Origin: Paraphysomonas bandaiensis
Lineage: Eukaryota > Protista > Chrysophyceae
Direction: 5' to 3'
Length of the DNA stretch: 64,000 nucleotides
Assembly (NCBI GenBank): GCA_965644295.1
Contig: CBFFRP010000380.1
Location: 124,001 to 188,000, forward strand
Part shown: in pieces, positions 1-11,587 of the stretch
Layout: every line of letters begins with the position of its first letter
How positions within the stretch are numbered: the stretch's first letter is position 1
Translations under genes and position numbers: made by a program
The notes under the pieces: generated by a model
What the model saw: the letters and a program-made list of their open reading frames with translations, nothing else
Told to the model about the DNA's origin: nothing
The model's database searches: none

Positions 1-393
1 CTTCTGTCTAGCTGCCTCCTCTGCCTCAGCCTTCTGTCTAGCTGCCTCCTCTGCCTCAGCCTTCTGTCTAGCTGCCTCCTCTGCCTCAGCCTTCTGTCTA
101 GCTGCCTCCTCAGCCTTCTGTCTAGCTGCCTCCTCAGCCTCAGCCTTCTGTCTAGCTGCTTCCTCAGCCTCAGCCTTCTGTCTAGCTGCCTCCTCTGCCT
201 CAGCTTTCTGTCTAGCTACCTCCTCTGCCTCAGCCTTCTGTCTAGCTGCCTCCTCTGCCTCAGCCTTCTGTCTAGCTGCCTCCTCTGCCGCAGCCTTCTG
301 TCTAGCTGCCTCCTCAGCCTTCTGTCTAGCTGCCTCCTCAGCCGCAGCCTTCTGTCTAGCTGCCTCCTCAGCCGCAGCCTTCTGTCTAGCTAC
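1..393 (-). repeat. Coding tandem repeat, ~30 bp unit with 24 bp variants (CTTCTGTCTAGCTGCCTCCTCTGCCTCAGC)
   Basis: About 13 imperfect copies visible directly, encoding AEAEEAARQK / AAAEEAARQK / AEEAARQK. Confidence 0.95.
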
Positions 394-639
394 TTCGTTA
401 TTCTGAGTGGTCTCTTGCTGAGCTGATGCAGTGACTGTTTTTGTTAATTGTGTTTCTAAATTTTGTCCAGTAGAAGTTTTTGTATCAGTACGATCCGCAT
501 ATGTGACTTGCAAGTTAACTGCATCGGAATCAACATGCTGGTAGCTAGTAGCAGTAGGTGATGTGTGATCTCCATTCTCTACTAGTGGGGCTTCATCTGA
601 TGCATTACTTGAGTTCTCAGAACTAAAACAACATCCCAT
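1..639 (-). CDS. Putative N-myristoylated/palmitoylated protein with a charged (AEAEEAARQK)n helical repeat; 3' end runs off the window
   Basis: Open frame from ATG at 639: MGCCFSSENSSNASDEAPLVENG...NNEVARQKAAAEEAARQK... with no stop before base 1. MGCC is a dual-acylation motif. Absent from the ORF track because it is truncated. Confidence 0.75.
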   Translation of the reverse strand, partial: MGCCFSSENSSNASDEAPLVENGDHTSPTATSYQHVDSDAVNLQVTYADRTDTKTSTGQNLETQLTKTVTASAQQETTQNNEVARQKAAAEEAARQKAAAEEAARQKAEEAARQKAAAEEAARQKAEAEEAARQKAEAEEVARQKAEAEEAARQKAEAEEAARQKAEAEEAARQKAEEAARQKAEAEEAARQKAEAEEAARQKAEAEEAARQK

Positions 640-1180
640 ATTTTAATGTATATGATAATAAATCTTCTATTAATGATTGGAGTTTATTTATGGATTGAAT
701 GTCTATTTATGTGTGTATTGTTGTATGGTGATTGTTTATGATATGAGGATGAGGCTACATGCTGCTATCTCTGCACTCAACCCCACATATTGAGACATGT
801 ACTTTAGTACATATCTTTCTATACTATATAGAGTACAGCAGTACATAGTTTTTCAGTACCTTCCTGTACACTGCTGTGTACATACACTCTGCATACCTAC
901 GTACCCATGTACATGTACTGCTGTACGTGGGTAGATTTGTCAAATAGTCCTAAATTCCTGAAAATCAAGTCATCAAATATCCGGATATCTGGCTCTACAG
1001 GTACCATATCTTTCCCTATATACTCGTACGTCTATGTAGTATGGAGTATAGTGTAGTGCTGTATATTCTTCAGGTCATTGTCCCTCTACATATACACATA
1101 CATACATACATGCATCCTCTCCTCCCCACTCTCACTGTATCATCATATCTCAGTCCTATCAGTCATTACATCCCATCCCT

Positions 1181-1816
1181 ATGATACTATTCACAATCCC
1201 TCTCTTCATCTCTCTACTATCCACACATGCTTTATCTATACCTACAGACAAGACTATATCTACCCATATAGGCGACATCAGTATCCGTATAGTGGGAGAT
1301 GAGAACCATGATAAGATACCTGTCATCGCCATACCAGGAGCTAGCCCTCTATTACAAGATGAATGGATGCCTATCGCTCATATACTGAGTGAGAATGGAT
1401 ATGTTGTATATATACTGAACATACACTCTAATCATAATGCCAAAAAACAGATGGTTCGTATTATTCATGAGGCTGTACTGCATAACACGATAGGTGAAAG
1501 TAAAGCTATTATTATGGGAAAATCTTATGGAGGGGCTGTGGCACAAGCGTTTGCTGTGGCTCATCCAGAAGAAGTAATTAAGTTGTGTCTAGTTGCACCT
1601 GCGAGTTCGGATGAAAGTATGATCAGTGCCTTATATAGTGCTCACATAAAGGTGTTTTTGGCTTGGGCCCGTGACGACACTAATATTCCATTTTCTAACA
1701 CTGCCAAGTGGAGAGAATCTTATAAGAGTGGCTTAACCTTGCATTCGGTAGCTGTTGGGGGACACAGGGTACTAGAGGAGTACGCTAAGCCGATACTCGA
1801 ATTTCTTCAAAAATAA
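1181..1816 (+). CDS. Alpha/beta hydrolase (ABHD14-like) with N-terminal signal peptide
   Basis: Nucleophile elbow GKSYGG, LAWARDD acid region, GGH catalytic His near the C-terminus, hydrophobic N-terminus; intronless. Confidence 0.8.
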   Translation: MILFTIPLFISLLSTHALSIPTDKTISTHIGDISIRIVGDENHDKIPVIAIPGASPLLQDEWMPIAHILSENGYVVYILNIHSNHNAKKQMVRIIHEAVLHNTIGESKAIIMGKSYGGAVAQAFAVAHPEEVIKLCLVAPASSDESMISALYSAHIKVFLAWARDDTNIPFSNTAKWRESYKSGLTLHSVAVGGHRVLEEYAKPILEFLQK

Positions 1817-2470
1817 GGCTGTTGTGTAGGCGAACGACTGAATTAATGGTATTTTTATAGTTATTGGGCGGTATAAGCCGTCTTCAAATTGAATGAGCGG
1901 TAATTTCAAGGACTTTAAATATTCAATATAAATGGAACGATGTAATAAATTTACACGAATTAGAATTAGACACTTTTGCTCCCACAGATACCATTGTATT
2001 CATAATATGCAATTATTAAGTGTAGTCATTATTAGTTAATCTACAGTCACTGCTATTAATTAAAATACCCTTAGCAGTAATCACTGGAGAACCTAGGCTC
2101 GGGAACAATATATAATATATTATATTGTAGCTAGTTTGGCTATCATGCTATCATGTGTCATGTAGTGATAAGGGATAAAATTCTATAGATTGGCGCTTTG
2201 GGGACATCAGTATATGTTGTACTATCAATTTATCAATAAATCATACAACACAATATACAGTTCCCTAGTCCTGGGTCCTGGTGTATATCGACGCACAGGA
2301 GAACCGATCTTACGACCACCGTCACTCATGTGGCCAACGTTTAGTAATAAGTACAGCATACTGCACTCTTTCTGGCATAGTGCAAGAATCACATCGAACG
2401 ATAGGGTAAAATAAGGAGAACAATACGAAAAGAATCACATATATTAATAGTGTACGCGATTGTTGGAAAT

Positions 2471-5400
2471 TCACTCACTAACTATACAAACTGGACAATC
2501 TAGCGTCCACCAAATAGAATTTCCCATTTCACCATCAGCAATGTCCAGTTCTCGGACAAAAGTATATATGAAATATCCACGACAGCGAGTAAAACAAACG
2601 CTTATTTCATGATGAAATGACGAGTTCCCACTTTCATCTTTCACTGGCGCCTCCAATACAGCTCTTGGCCTGCCGGTAACCACAAAATCAGTAGATTCCC
2701 TGTTGTCGTTGTTAGACACAATCACTACAAGAACTTCTACGCGCCGCTTGTCTTCTTCTATCATCAATCCTGAGCTGGGATCATTGGGGAGTAATTTGAC
2801 GTCCACTCTGAACCTATGAAATTGTCTCGCCTGCACATATATAGTCGTATCTCCTGTGGATGCAGGACTTTTTGAAAAGTAAGAATTGAACTCAAACGTT
2901 GGGAGCATCAGGCTATCGACAACTGCATCAGAGGTAGTTGTACAATGAAATCTACCCTTTCTACTTAGGACATTGCCACCTCCAATACTAGAATGATTCA
3001 TGCTCCAGTTGAGACATAAAGAGGACATAGCCTGACGATGAGCTTCTCGCTGACTTATGTCATTCGTCAGCGTAGCACACTGAAAGTAGGTGCGCAAATC
3101 GTCTACAGACACGAGGGCAATGATATTTACAGAGGAGTGGGCTGCCACTTCGATGTAGTGAGCATCTGCCTCCAAATCGCCCGAGTGCCCCCTCGGATAC
3201 ACGCACTGCCATTTCAGTTGAGCACTCCCGGTCTCGCTACCTTTCAACAGCGAGGAAGTGCTGATAGAAATCGAACAGGGCGATTGATTGGTAATCTGAA
3301 GTATTGTTATTGCGTCAGTAAATTAATACCAAACCAGTACCTCGACAGCATATCGTCTAATCTTGCTGCAGCATGAAACTTCTGTGCCCTTCAATGTCCC
3401 GCCCTCCTCCCTGCACCGCCCCTCCGATGACTTTCCAAGAGCTTCTTTCACAGCTGCCAGAGCATTGGCAGAAACGACGCTGTCTCTGTGAGGGATGAAA
3501 GGACATCGCGAAACAATTTCAAATCCCGATAGAGTGTGGGTCTGGTACTTGTTCAGGTCCATTAATGCATCGTCAAGAGGAACTATAGCAGATACGCGGA
3601 TGTCGGATGACAGTTCCACAGCTACATCCAATATTGACCTATCGAAAAATTCCAATTAGGTTAATACTTTAGAAACACTCTACGCCCTATTGCTCACCGT
3701 CGGACATATACGGTGTCAGAGCCAGAGCCGACGGGCTGGGAGGGTTCCATAGATTTCTCTGAATCACTAACACATTGTAACAAATATCGATCCATCCCCG
3801 GGAACTCTGAAAATAATAAAGAATAAAGAGCACGGATTATCAGAAATAAAGACAAATAGGTATATATAGAAGGCACCTGATATGTATTCCACATCAATCC
3901 GTAGATCGAATTCAGCCGACTCACCAGTGCTACCACAGCACATGAAGTTCGAGAATTCCAGCCCCAAAGCTATACGATCACGGGGGGCTAGCGGTAAATT
4001 TACTCGCGGTACATCCTCACTTTCATCACAACCAACCAGGCGCACCAAAATAGGAAAAGCAAGTTCAGCATCGTCACCGGAAGAATGTGTACGCTTGAAC
4101 ACAGAAGCAGGAAGCATGGAAGGGTCGGTCTTAAGTCCAGCAACTAAAACTTGAGTGAAAGGAAGCAAGGTATACACCGCCTTCGCTTTGGATGGGCTCA
4201 CACCAAATATTTCCGCGTTTCGCCAGGTGCACACAACAGTTATTCGCAGGTCAACAACCTAAACTATTGATAAACAAAAATCAAACGCATACAAAAGCAA
4301 CTGACCTTTAAAGATGCGGATAGATTATTTAGTCGTATCGTCTCCCGCCTGACCTCGTTGTCGTAAAGTTTCATTGCCAGGCTTTCGCACCCTGTCACCA
4401 CTGAATCTGTACAAAACAAATAACACAAAAAGATGATCGACAATGGTATGCGCACCAGCTACAATAGTAGCATTCCCAGCTCTATACTTCTCTGAGCCCA
4501 TATTCTCAAGATCGCCAACGCCGGACTGTTGCTGACCGAGATCCGGCCCCCAAGAGGCCGACAGAGATAGAGCGGCACTCTCAGGCACTACGCTTACCTC
4601 AGTGGTGCGATAGTTGTTAGCTGAAGCGTCAGAGTTGCCAGTGCTGCAGGATGTGGCTTCTTCCGGGTCCGTGTCAAAGTGTGCTGGTGGGGTTTTGCTA
4701 TGAGACTTAACTACACTCCATGGGTACTTCCAAGGAAGGGCAAGCTCGCGCGACAATAATGTCAGGCCTTTACCAGTAGCCGAGTCTACATAGCTGCAGT
4801 GTACTGCATTATATATGGAATACCTAATTCCTTTTATTTGCACTGGGCCGGTAGCACGTGGGCACACAGCCAGATGAGTGGAAAATTCCTTAGTTTTAGG
4901 AGGTATGACGACGGATTTCGCAGGTCGGCAGGAGTGCTGCGGACCATCAATAAGAAGGTGGACGTCGTGCAGATGCATTGGGACAGCCAAAGGATTGCAA
5001 AGGGTTGCCTCCACTATTGCAACGGTCCCTACAGACCACAAAAGTGAAATAGTGCTCGAACGCGACTTGTCTTTCCTGCGCTTGGCTTCGAAAGGATCAT
5101 AGAAAAGAGCAGAAGCAGTCTCGGCAACCATCGGAGCAGTGGCCCCAGAGGCAGCTACCGAGCCTCTAGGAATGATGTTGATCGGCGTATAGGCCTGATC
5201 CTCAGTAGCCGGTATCGGTCTGAGGCGGATAAGAAAGGGAAGGCCATCTAAAACCAAGGGAGTCGCGGGAGGGATTTCAGCACAAACAGAAGATAGAGCG
5301 CTAAGAGACTGGCTTTGGGAGTCCAGGGGCACACCCAAGCGGTAAGAGGGGTCTGGGATTGAAGAGGGTACATACAGTACAGTACGTGTAGTAGAGGCTG

Positions 5401-8216
5401 GGGGAGTAGATGGAGTGACATCTAAGGGCGCATGCGATGGCGAAGTAGGTTCAGTGACTAGAGAACAATGTAGAGCTGCTGGGTCTGAAACAGATCCGTT
5501 TTGCTTAGCAAGGGCAACTGCAGCAGCACTACCGTTTAAAGAGAACGGCGAATTGCTCGTTGATGATCCTACTCCGACATTGGAGCGAGGTCCGAGTTTC
5601 TTCTTCTTTTTTAGTACAAGATTTTGCACAAATGGCGATATTTTTGGAACATTAATATGACCACGAACGTTCTTGAGAGCCTCTGGATTGAACCTAGCAC
5701 CCCAATTACTATTGCTGTGATCGGAGTGCTCGGAATGAGAGTCATCTTGCGAGACTGTGTCCTGCTGTGAGTGGTCCATACCAGTCATAGAATTTAAAGT
5801 CGCCTGGCCATTGTTGACGTACGAGGAACTCCTACCAGACCTAGATATGTCATGATAAGACATATTTGAAGCAATTGCAGAAACAGAAATAGAGCGCGGA
5901 TGGTCCGGCTCCGGTGCATGAGGTGACGCGGTATTCACGCTGCCTTCCTCTAAACCCCTAGGAGATGATTTGCCTTCGCTACCCATCGTCGACTGACCGG
6001 AAAATGAAAACTTGTGTACTGTGCTTTGCAAATATTGTTGCGGGGCACTATTCTCCCGCCACCGCTGCGCTTTTGGATCTGTGTCCAGCGGCGATTGATA
6101 GGCAGATCCCTTCCCACTACTGTCTTTCATATCTTCTAGCAATGAACTAGACCCTATCCATAGCCTGCGATTGCGGTGTCGATTCTCTTCCATTTCTCCT
6201 ACCAGTCGTAGTAACGCCGCAAGGCACCTTTACACATCCCGATTACATATTACAACTAAATTGTCATGCAAATCACACCTAGCAGTTGCAGATGTATCCC
6301 CAAACTCCTTCGCGAAATGAGCACTGTGGGCAAGTAGCATGCGACGCATTCCAGCCCAACTCCTCTCTGGATTCACCGTGACTATATCCTGCTCTTCCTC
6401 TTCAGCGAGCTGTATTCCATACTGCTGACAGGCACATCTCACCTGAAAACGCAGTTGAAGGAAAAATGCAGAACTGTGTTTTCGAGCACAAAGTGGTACA
6501 AGCAAGCTCATGTGCAGGTTATTTTCATTGCAATTGACTTACCAGAGAGTGAGCCACAGACACGTTCTCTGAGTCCGCGCTTAGCAGGGCGGCAACGTAG
6601 AGAAGGAAGGCATACTTCCGTTTCATATTCATGCGTAAGCATGTGAACGCACCCTCGATGGTGCACTCTATCTGCTGGGGGAGGTTCAACCCAGGTACTG
6701 CTGCTGCTCTCAACACAAAATCCATCACCTTTTGTTGCCTTTCTGGAGAAGGGCTCAACTGCTCATGCATGCGTGCCAAGCGAAGGGAACACTCCACCTC
6801 AAGACCGCACAGCGCAATATTCCTGGAGTAGAGGGACATCGCCTCCACGCAGCGCTCCTCCGCCACTCGTACCACTCCCCCAGTTACAGATCCTACCCCC
6901 CCGCTAGATACAAGACTTCTTATCTCCCGTACCATGCCCAGTAGTTCTTCTGACGCCCCACTACCAAGTCGCAACATCGTCAACATAACCAACACAGACC
7001 CTTCAAGAGAGCTCGCGAGCCACATAGAGTCATTCTGGCTGCGACAATCTGATATGGCGGCACTGTAGTGTTCCCAAGCATCTTGAGGGGAGCACACTTG
7101 CATACACAAGTCTCCCATCCACTTCCGGATCCTACCAGGAAGACGTCGCCTGACTCGCCTGCTAGCTTCACTCCCCCCACTGTTGTCCTCCATTTCCTCA
7201 TATGTGGTGGTGAGCGGTAGCCACGGGGGCATCGGAAAAGGAGCAGTGGAGAAAGCAGAAGTGTTCGCGAGTTTAACTCTCAACTCCTCACATGTGGCTA
7301 TCCGTTCCTCAGCGTCCTGGAATAGTCGCACTGCTACATTTCCCATAATCTCCTTGGTGTGAACGTCTATCATGCTGCCACCCTCGCACTCTCCATCCGG
7401 TGGAAATATAACCATGGCGTAGGGGTCTCGGGCTGGGGAGGAAGGGGAATTATTGTCAGCAAAAGGCAGCTGGGGGGGAGGCCGAGGAGTGCCGCCATCA
7501 GACATGGATGCCACTGCCGCGAAGTAATTAAAAACGAAGTATCTCTTAAGTACAACATGAGGGTGGCGTCTACAGTGGAAAGATAAGATGTCGACAAGAG
7601 TAGCTGCATTGCATCACCTAGAATAGTAGTCCATATCTTCAATCAACCGTGATGAAGTCGACGAATCCAACTCGGGATAGTTGATCACACCAATAACAAC
7701 CAAAATTCGGCGACAACACTTAAACAAACAACCGTCACTACCTATGAAACATTGCTAGTGATTAAAAATATACCTGAAAGTTGTCTAAATCACTTGGACC
7801 ATTTGCGACGCGGTCATATCGAAGATACTCGAACAAAATATTCGCTCCACCAGATAGCCAGTTGAAATTTCTGTTAGGGAATAAGTGCAATTAGTATGAC
7901 TATATAGAGCATATCATCCACTTCTCCCCACATACTTGAACATAGAGTTCTGATTTTTCCATTCGCTTGGACGGTTTAAGTCAAACACTGGCAGATTCCT
8001 GTATCTCATATGAGCCACTAGGATCACTGTGAATATATGTATGAGACAATACCTGGTGCGTGATACGATCTCAAAGTGTTTATCATACATGCTATTGTCA
8101 CCAATAGGTACAACTAAGACCTGTATCCTCTGTTAGTATGTGTATGTGTATATATATATGCATACGTGTACCTTTATAGCACGAGCTTCATCAAAAGTTT
8201 GATTGAAAGATATCAT
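2471..8216 (-). CDS. TRAPPC9: TRAPP II complex subunit TRAPPC9/Trs120, multi-exon
   Basis: Exon 1 MISFNQTFDEARAIK then VLVVPIG. Conserved GRIRKWMGDLCMQVCSPQDAWEHYSAAISDCRSQNDSMWLASSLEG and MKRKYAFLLY, followed by the Ig-like region FYDPF...LCNPLAVPMHLHDVHL. ORFs 6525-7514, 6230-6511, 4325-6193, 3767-4234, 3323-3655 and 2471-3247 are consecutive exons. Confidence 0.85.
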
Positions 8217-8339
8217 CACACTTCTTTCAATACACTTCTAATAACTGCTCAAGATACCCTCCAATTGAGGTAATAAATGATGGCTGGAGGGAATGTATTG
8301 ACTTCACAATTTGGTGAAAAATCCTGCATAGATGCCAGG

Positions 8340-8640
8340 TACATACATACATACATACATACATACATACATACATACATACATACCTACCTACCTACCT
8401 ACCTACCTACCTATACATACACATGCATACATGCATACATACATACATACATACATACATACATACATACATACATACATACATACATACATACATACAT
8501 ACATACATACATACAGCATACATACATACATACATACATACATACATACATACATACATACATACATACATACATACATACATACATACATACATACATA
8601 CATACATACATACATACATACATACATACATACATACATA
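8340..8640. repeat. (TACA)n microsatellite of ~300 bp with a short (TACC)n tract
   Basis: Directly visible. Occupies most of the ~520 bp between the divergent TRAPPC9 and MTHFR start codons. Confidence 0.98.
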
Positions 8641-8735
8641 GGCCTGAATGTAGCGGTGTATGGATGACACTCTAGACGTTAGTATTACCAGGCCAGTAAG
8701 CGAACACTGATATTAACTATTGCATTGAAGTGAAG

Positions 8736-10884
8736 ATGGTGAAGATAATCGAAAAAATCCAACAGTATGAGTCGGAGGGCACTTCGAATCCTTATTTTTC
8801 ATTCGAATACTTTCCACCGAAGACAGAAGCCGGTGTAGAGAACTTGTAAGTATACATCCATACATACATATGTACACATACATCTGTACATATACATACG
8901 TACATACGTACATTCCATTAATCATCTTACTCATATCTTCCACAGGTATCTCCGTATGGATAGAATGACAGCTATGCAACCTATATTTGTAGATGTACGT
9001 GTACTCTCATACCCCCCGCACTAACAGTCCTAATAGTCCTATAGATTACATGGGGAGCTGGTGCATCAACTAAATCTCTTACTATGGCAATAGCTGAATA
9101 TGCTCAGAAATATTTTGGTGTAGAAGTTTTAATGCACTTAACATGTACAGGACAGACACAAAATCAGATACGAGAGACTCTGAAACAAGCTAAAGAAATG
9201 GGTATACATAATATACTTGCTTTACGTGGCGATCCTCCGAAAGGAGCCCTTACATGGACGCCCTGTAATGATGGGTTTGATCGAGCTGTGGATTTGGTGC
9301 GATTTATCAAACAGGAGTTTGGGGATTACTTTGGAGTTGCAGTAGCTGCATTCCCTGAGGGCTACCCTCAAGTACCTCTTTCAGTCGGCGAGCAAATAGC
9401 GTACCTGAAGGATAAGGTGGACGCTGGGGCAGACTTTGTTCTAACACAGTTTTTCTACGACACATCTGTCTTCATTTCTTTTGTTGAAAAGTGTCGCGCA
9501 GCTGGCATATCGTGCCCAATCATACCAGGTGAAGATTATATCCATATTTCGTTTGTATTTTTATGATATCATTGATAGGGATGATGCCAATACAGAACTA
9601 TTCATCCTTTCAACGCATGACATCGTTCTGTCGTACCGCTGTCCCCCAGCGAGTATGGGAAGCAATCGCACCTATATCTGACAATGATGAGGCCGTGAAG
9701 GCATTTGGGGTTGAGCTGTGTGTGTCCATGTGCAACGACTTGCAAGCACATGGTGTGCGCGGCTTCCACTTTTATACCCTAAACCTAGAGCACAGTGTGC
9801 TCAGTGTGCTGCGGTCACTGCATGCGGACGATTCTCTGACAACGAGAAGGTACGTTCATTTTTGTATTGCCCCGTCTTCTCAAAGTACACTTCATGAAGA
9901 GGCTTACCGTGGCGCGGGTCGAGATCTAACCTCAGGGGTATGAACGAAGATGTGCGCCCAATCAATTGGGCGAACCGACCGAAGTCTTATATTGCTCGTA
10001 CCATGGAATGGGATGAGTTCCCCAACGGTAGATGGGGTGATAGTCGTTCTCCTGCTTTCGGAGAACTTTCTAACTCTCATTTTTTTGGGACAACGGTGTG
10101 CACCAAAGAAGACAGACTAGCGATGTGGGGGGAGGCCCCCTTGACTGATGAAGAGCTTGGGGATGTGTTTGCCAAGTACATAGAAGGGAAGATTCCAATA
10201 CTTCCCTGGTGCGAATCTGCACTGCAGGTGGAAACTGGTACTATTGCGCCCTTTCTGTTGGAGATAAACAGAAAGGGATTCTTCACGATAAATTCCCAGC
10301 CCTCTGTCAATGGGGCCCGCTCTGACCACAGCGTGTACGGTTGGGGGGGACCAGGAGGACGAGTGTACCAGAAATCTTATGTTGAGTTCTTTACCCGCCC
10401 GTCATATGTAGACCTTCTCATGGAGGCTATTCAAGATTTCCCTTCACTCACTCTGCACGCCATAAACTGCAACGGCGAGTCACGCTCGCATGCTTCGTCT
10501 AGCGGGAGCAGTAAGGGAGTGACCGCTCTGACTTGGGGAGTCTTCCCAGATAAAGAGATTCTGCAACCGACTATATTCGACCCGCATACTTTTGGGGTAT
10601 GGAGTAAGGAAGCATTTCAGCTGTGGCTAGAGGCATGGGCGGTACTCTACGACGATGAGACTGAGAGCTGTGCATTCATACATGATGTGAGTTTCCCATA
10701 GTGTGTTGCTGATTTTGAATAATAGTACCTTTTGCAGGTTCATGACACGTATTATCTTGTTGCCATTATCGACAATGAGTACATTGACTCAGACATGTAT
10801 GCCATATTTAGACGTGTGCTCAGCATGATCAAATCTACTAGTGATGAAGATGTGTTGGATGATTCCAGTGGGTTAGTTGTCTAG
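8736..10884 (+). CDS. MTHFR: Methylenetetrahydrofolate reductase, eukaryotic type with C-terminal regulatory domain, multi-exon
   Basis: MVKIIEKI...FSFEYFPPKT, ITWGAG, MHLTC, NILALRGDPP, GADFVLTQFFYD, HFYTLNLE, EDVRPINWANRPKSY, WDEFPNGRWGDSRSPAFG, TINSQP, VTWG-like LTWGVFP. The last exon ends with TAG at 10882-10884. Confidence 0.97.
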
Positions 10885-11587
10885 TGACAGCCAACATTTC
10901 GCAATATTCAACTAGTTATATTAATCTAAACTCAATGTGTCAATATTTCATGGACCACACCGACTCTACCGTTAGCTATTGAGAAAAGTAAGTGATTCTC
11001 GTGGTCTTAATAGTAAATAAAAGGTTACATTGGTTTACGACACTCATAGCTACGCAATGGTATTTTGAATTTTAAAAGGTTAAAGCCATTCGCACATGAA
11101 AATACACTACTATAGGTTAATAGCTACTCCTCTCGGCATATCCCAATTGTTGCAGGTGCAATATTATAGTTTTTCCTTGCAACATTTAGAACATCTAATT
11201 GGGGTTGATGAATATCCTATAAATAATACCTGTGTGTGTACTTTCAGCATGTCTATGATGTAGTATTATAATTTATTATGTATTCGTAGAGTTGTAAAAA
11301 GGGTAATATAATTGACAAGTTGAATTAAATACATAGAGCAGCCACGCGCGTCTACTAAGTCGAAAGCCAAAGAATTAGCCGACGACAGAGCTCTTAATCT
11401 TATTCAAAGTTTGAGTAATATTATCATTGTGGAGGTTAATTTATACTAGAAATAAATTGTATTCTTTCCATAGAACGGACATGCCACTGTAAGTTTGAAA
11501 TCTTTCATTTACACTAATAAATGTACACACTACCCAAACGAGAATATATTACACGGCAACATAAATTAATTTGTATATTTATAAGAC

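Noticed and set aside
1-393. Regular ~30 bp repeats as a possible CRISPR array
   Set aside because: Head-to-tail units with no unique spacers, in-frame coding repeat, eukaryotic context, no cas genes.
8277-8675. ORFs of HTYI/MYVC repeats on both strands
   Set aside because: Translations of the (TACA)n microsatellite, not proteins.
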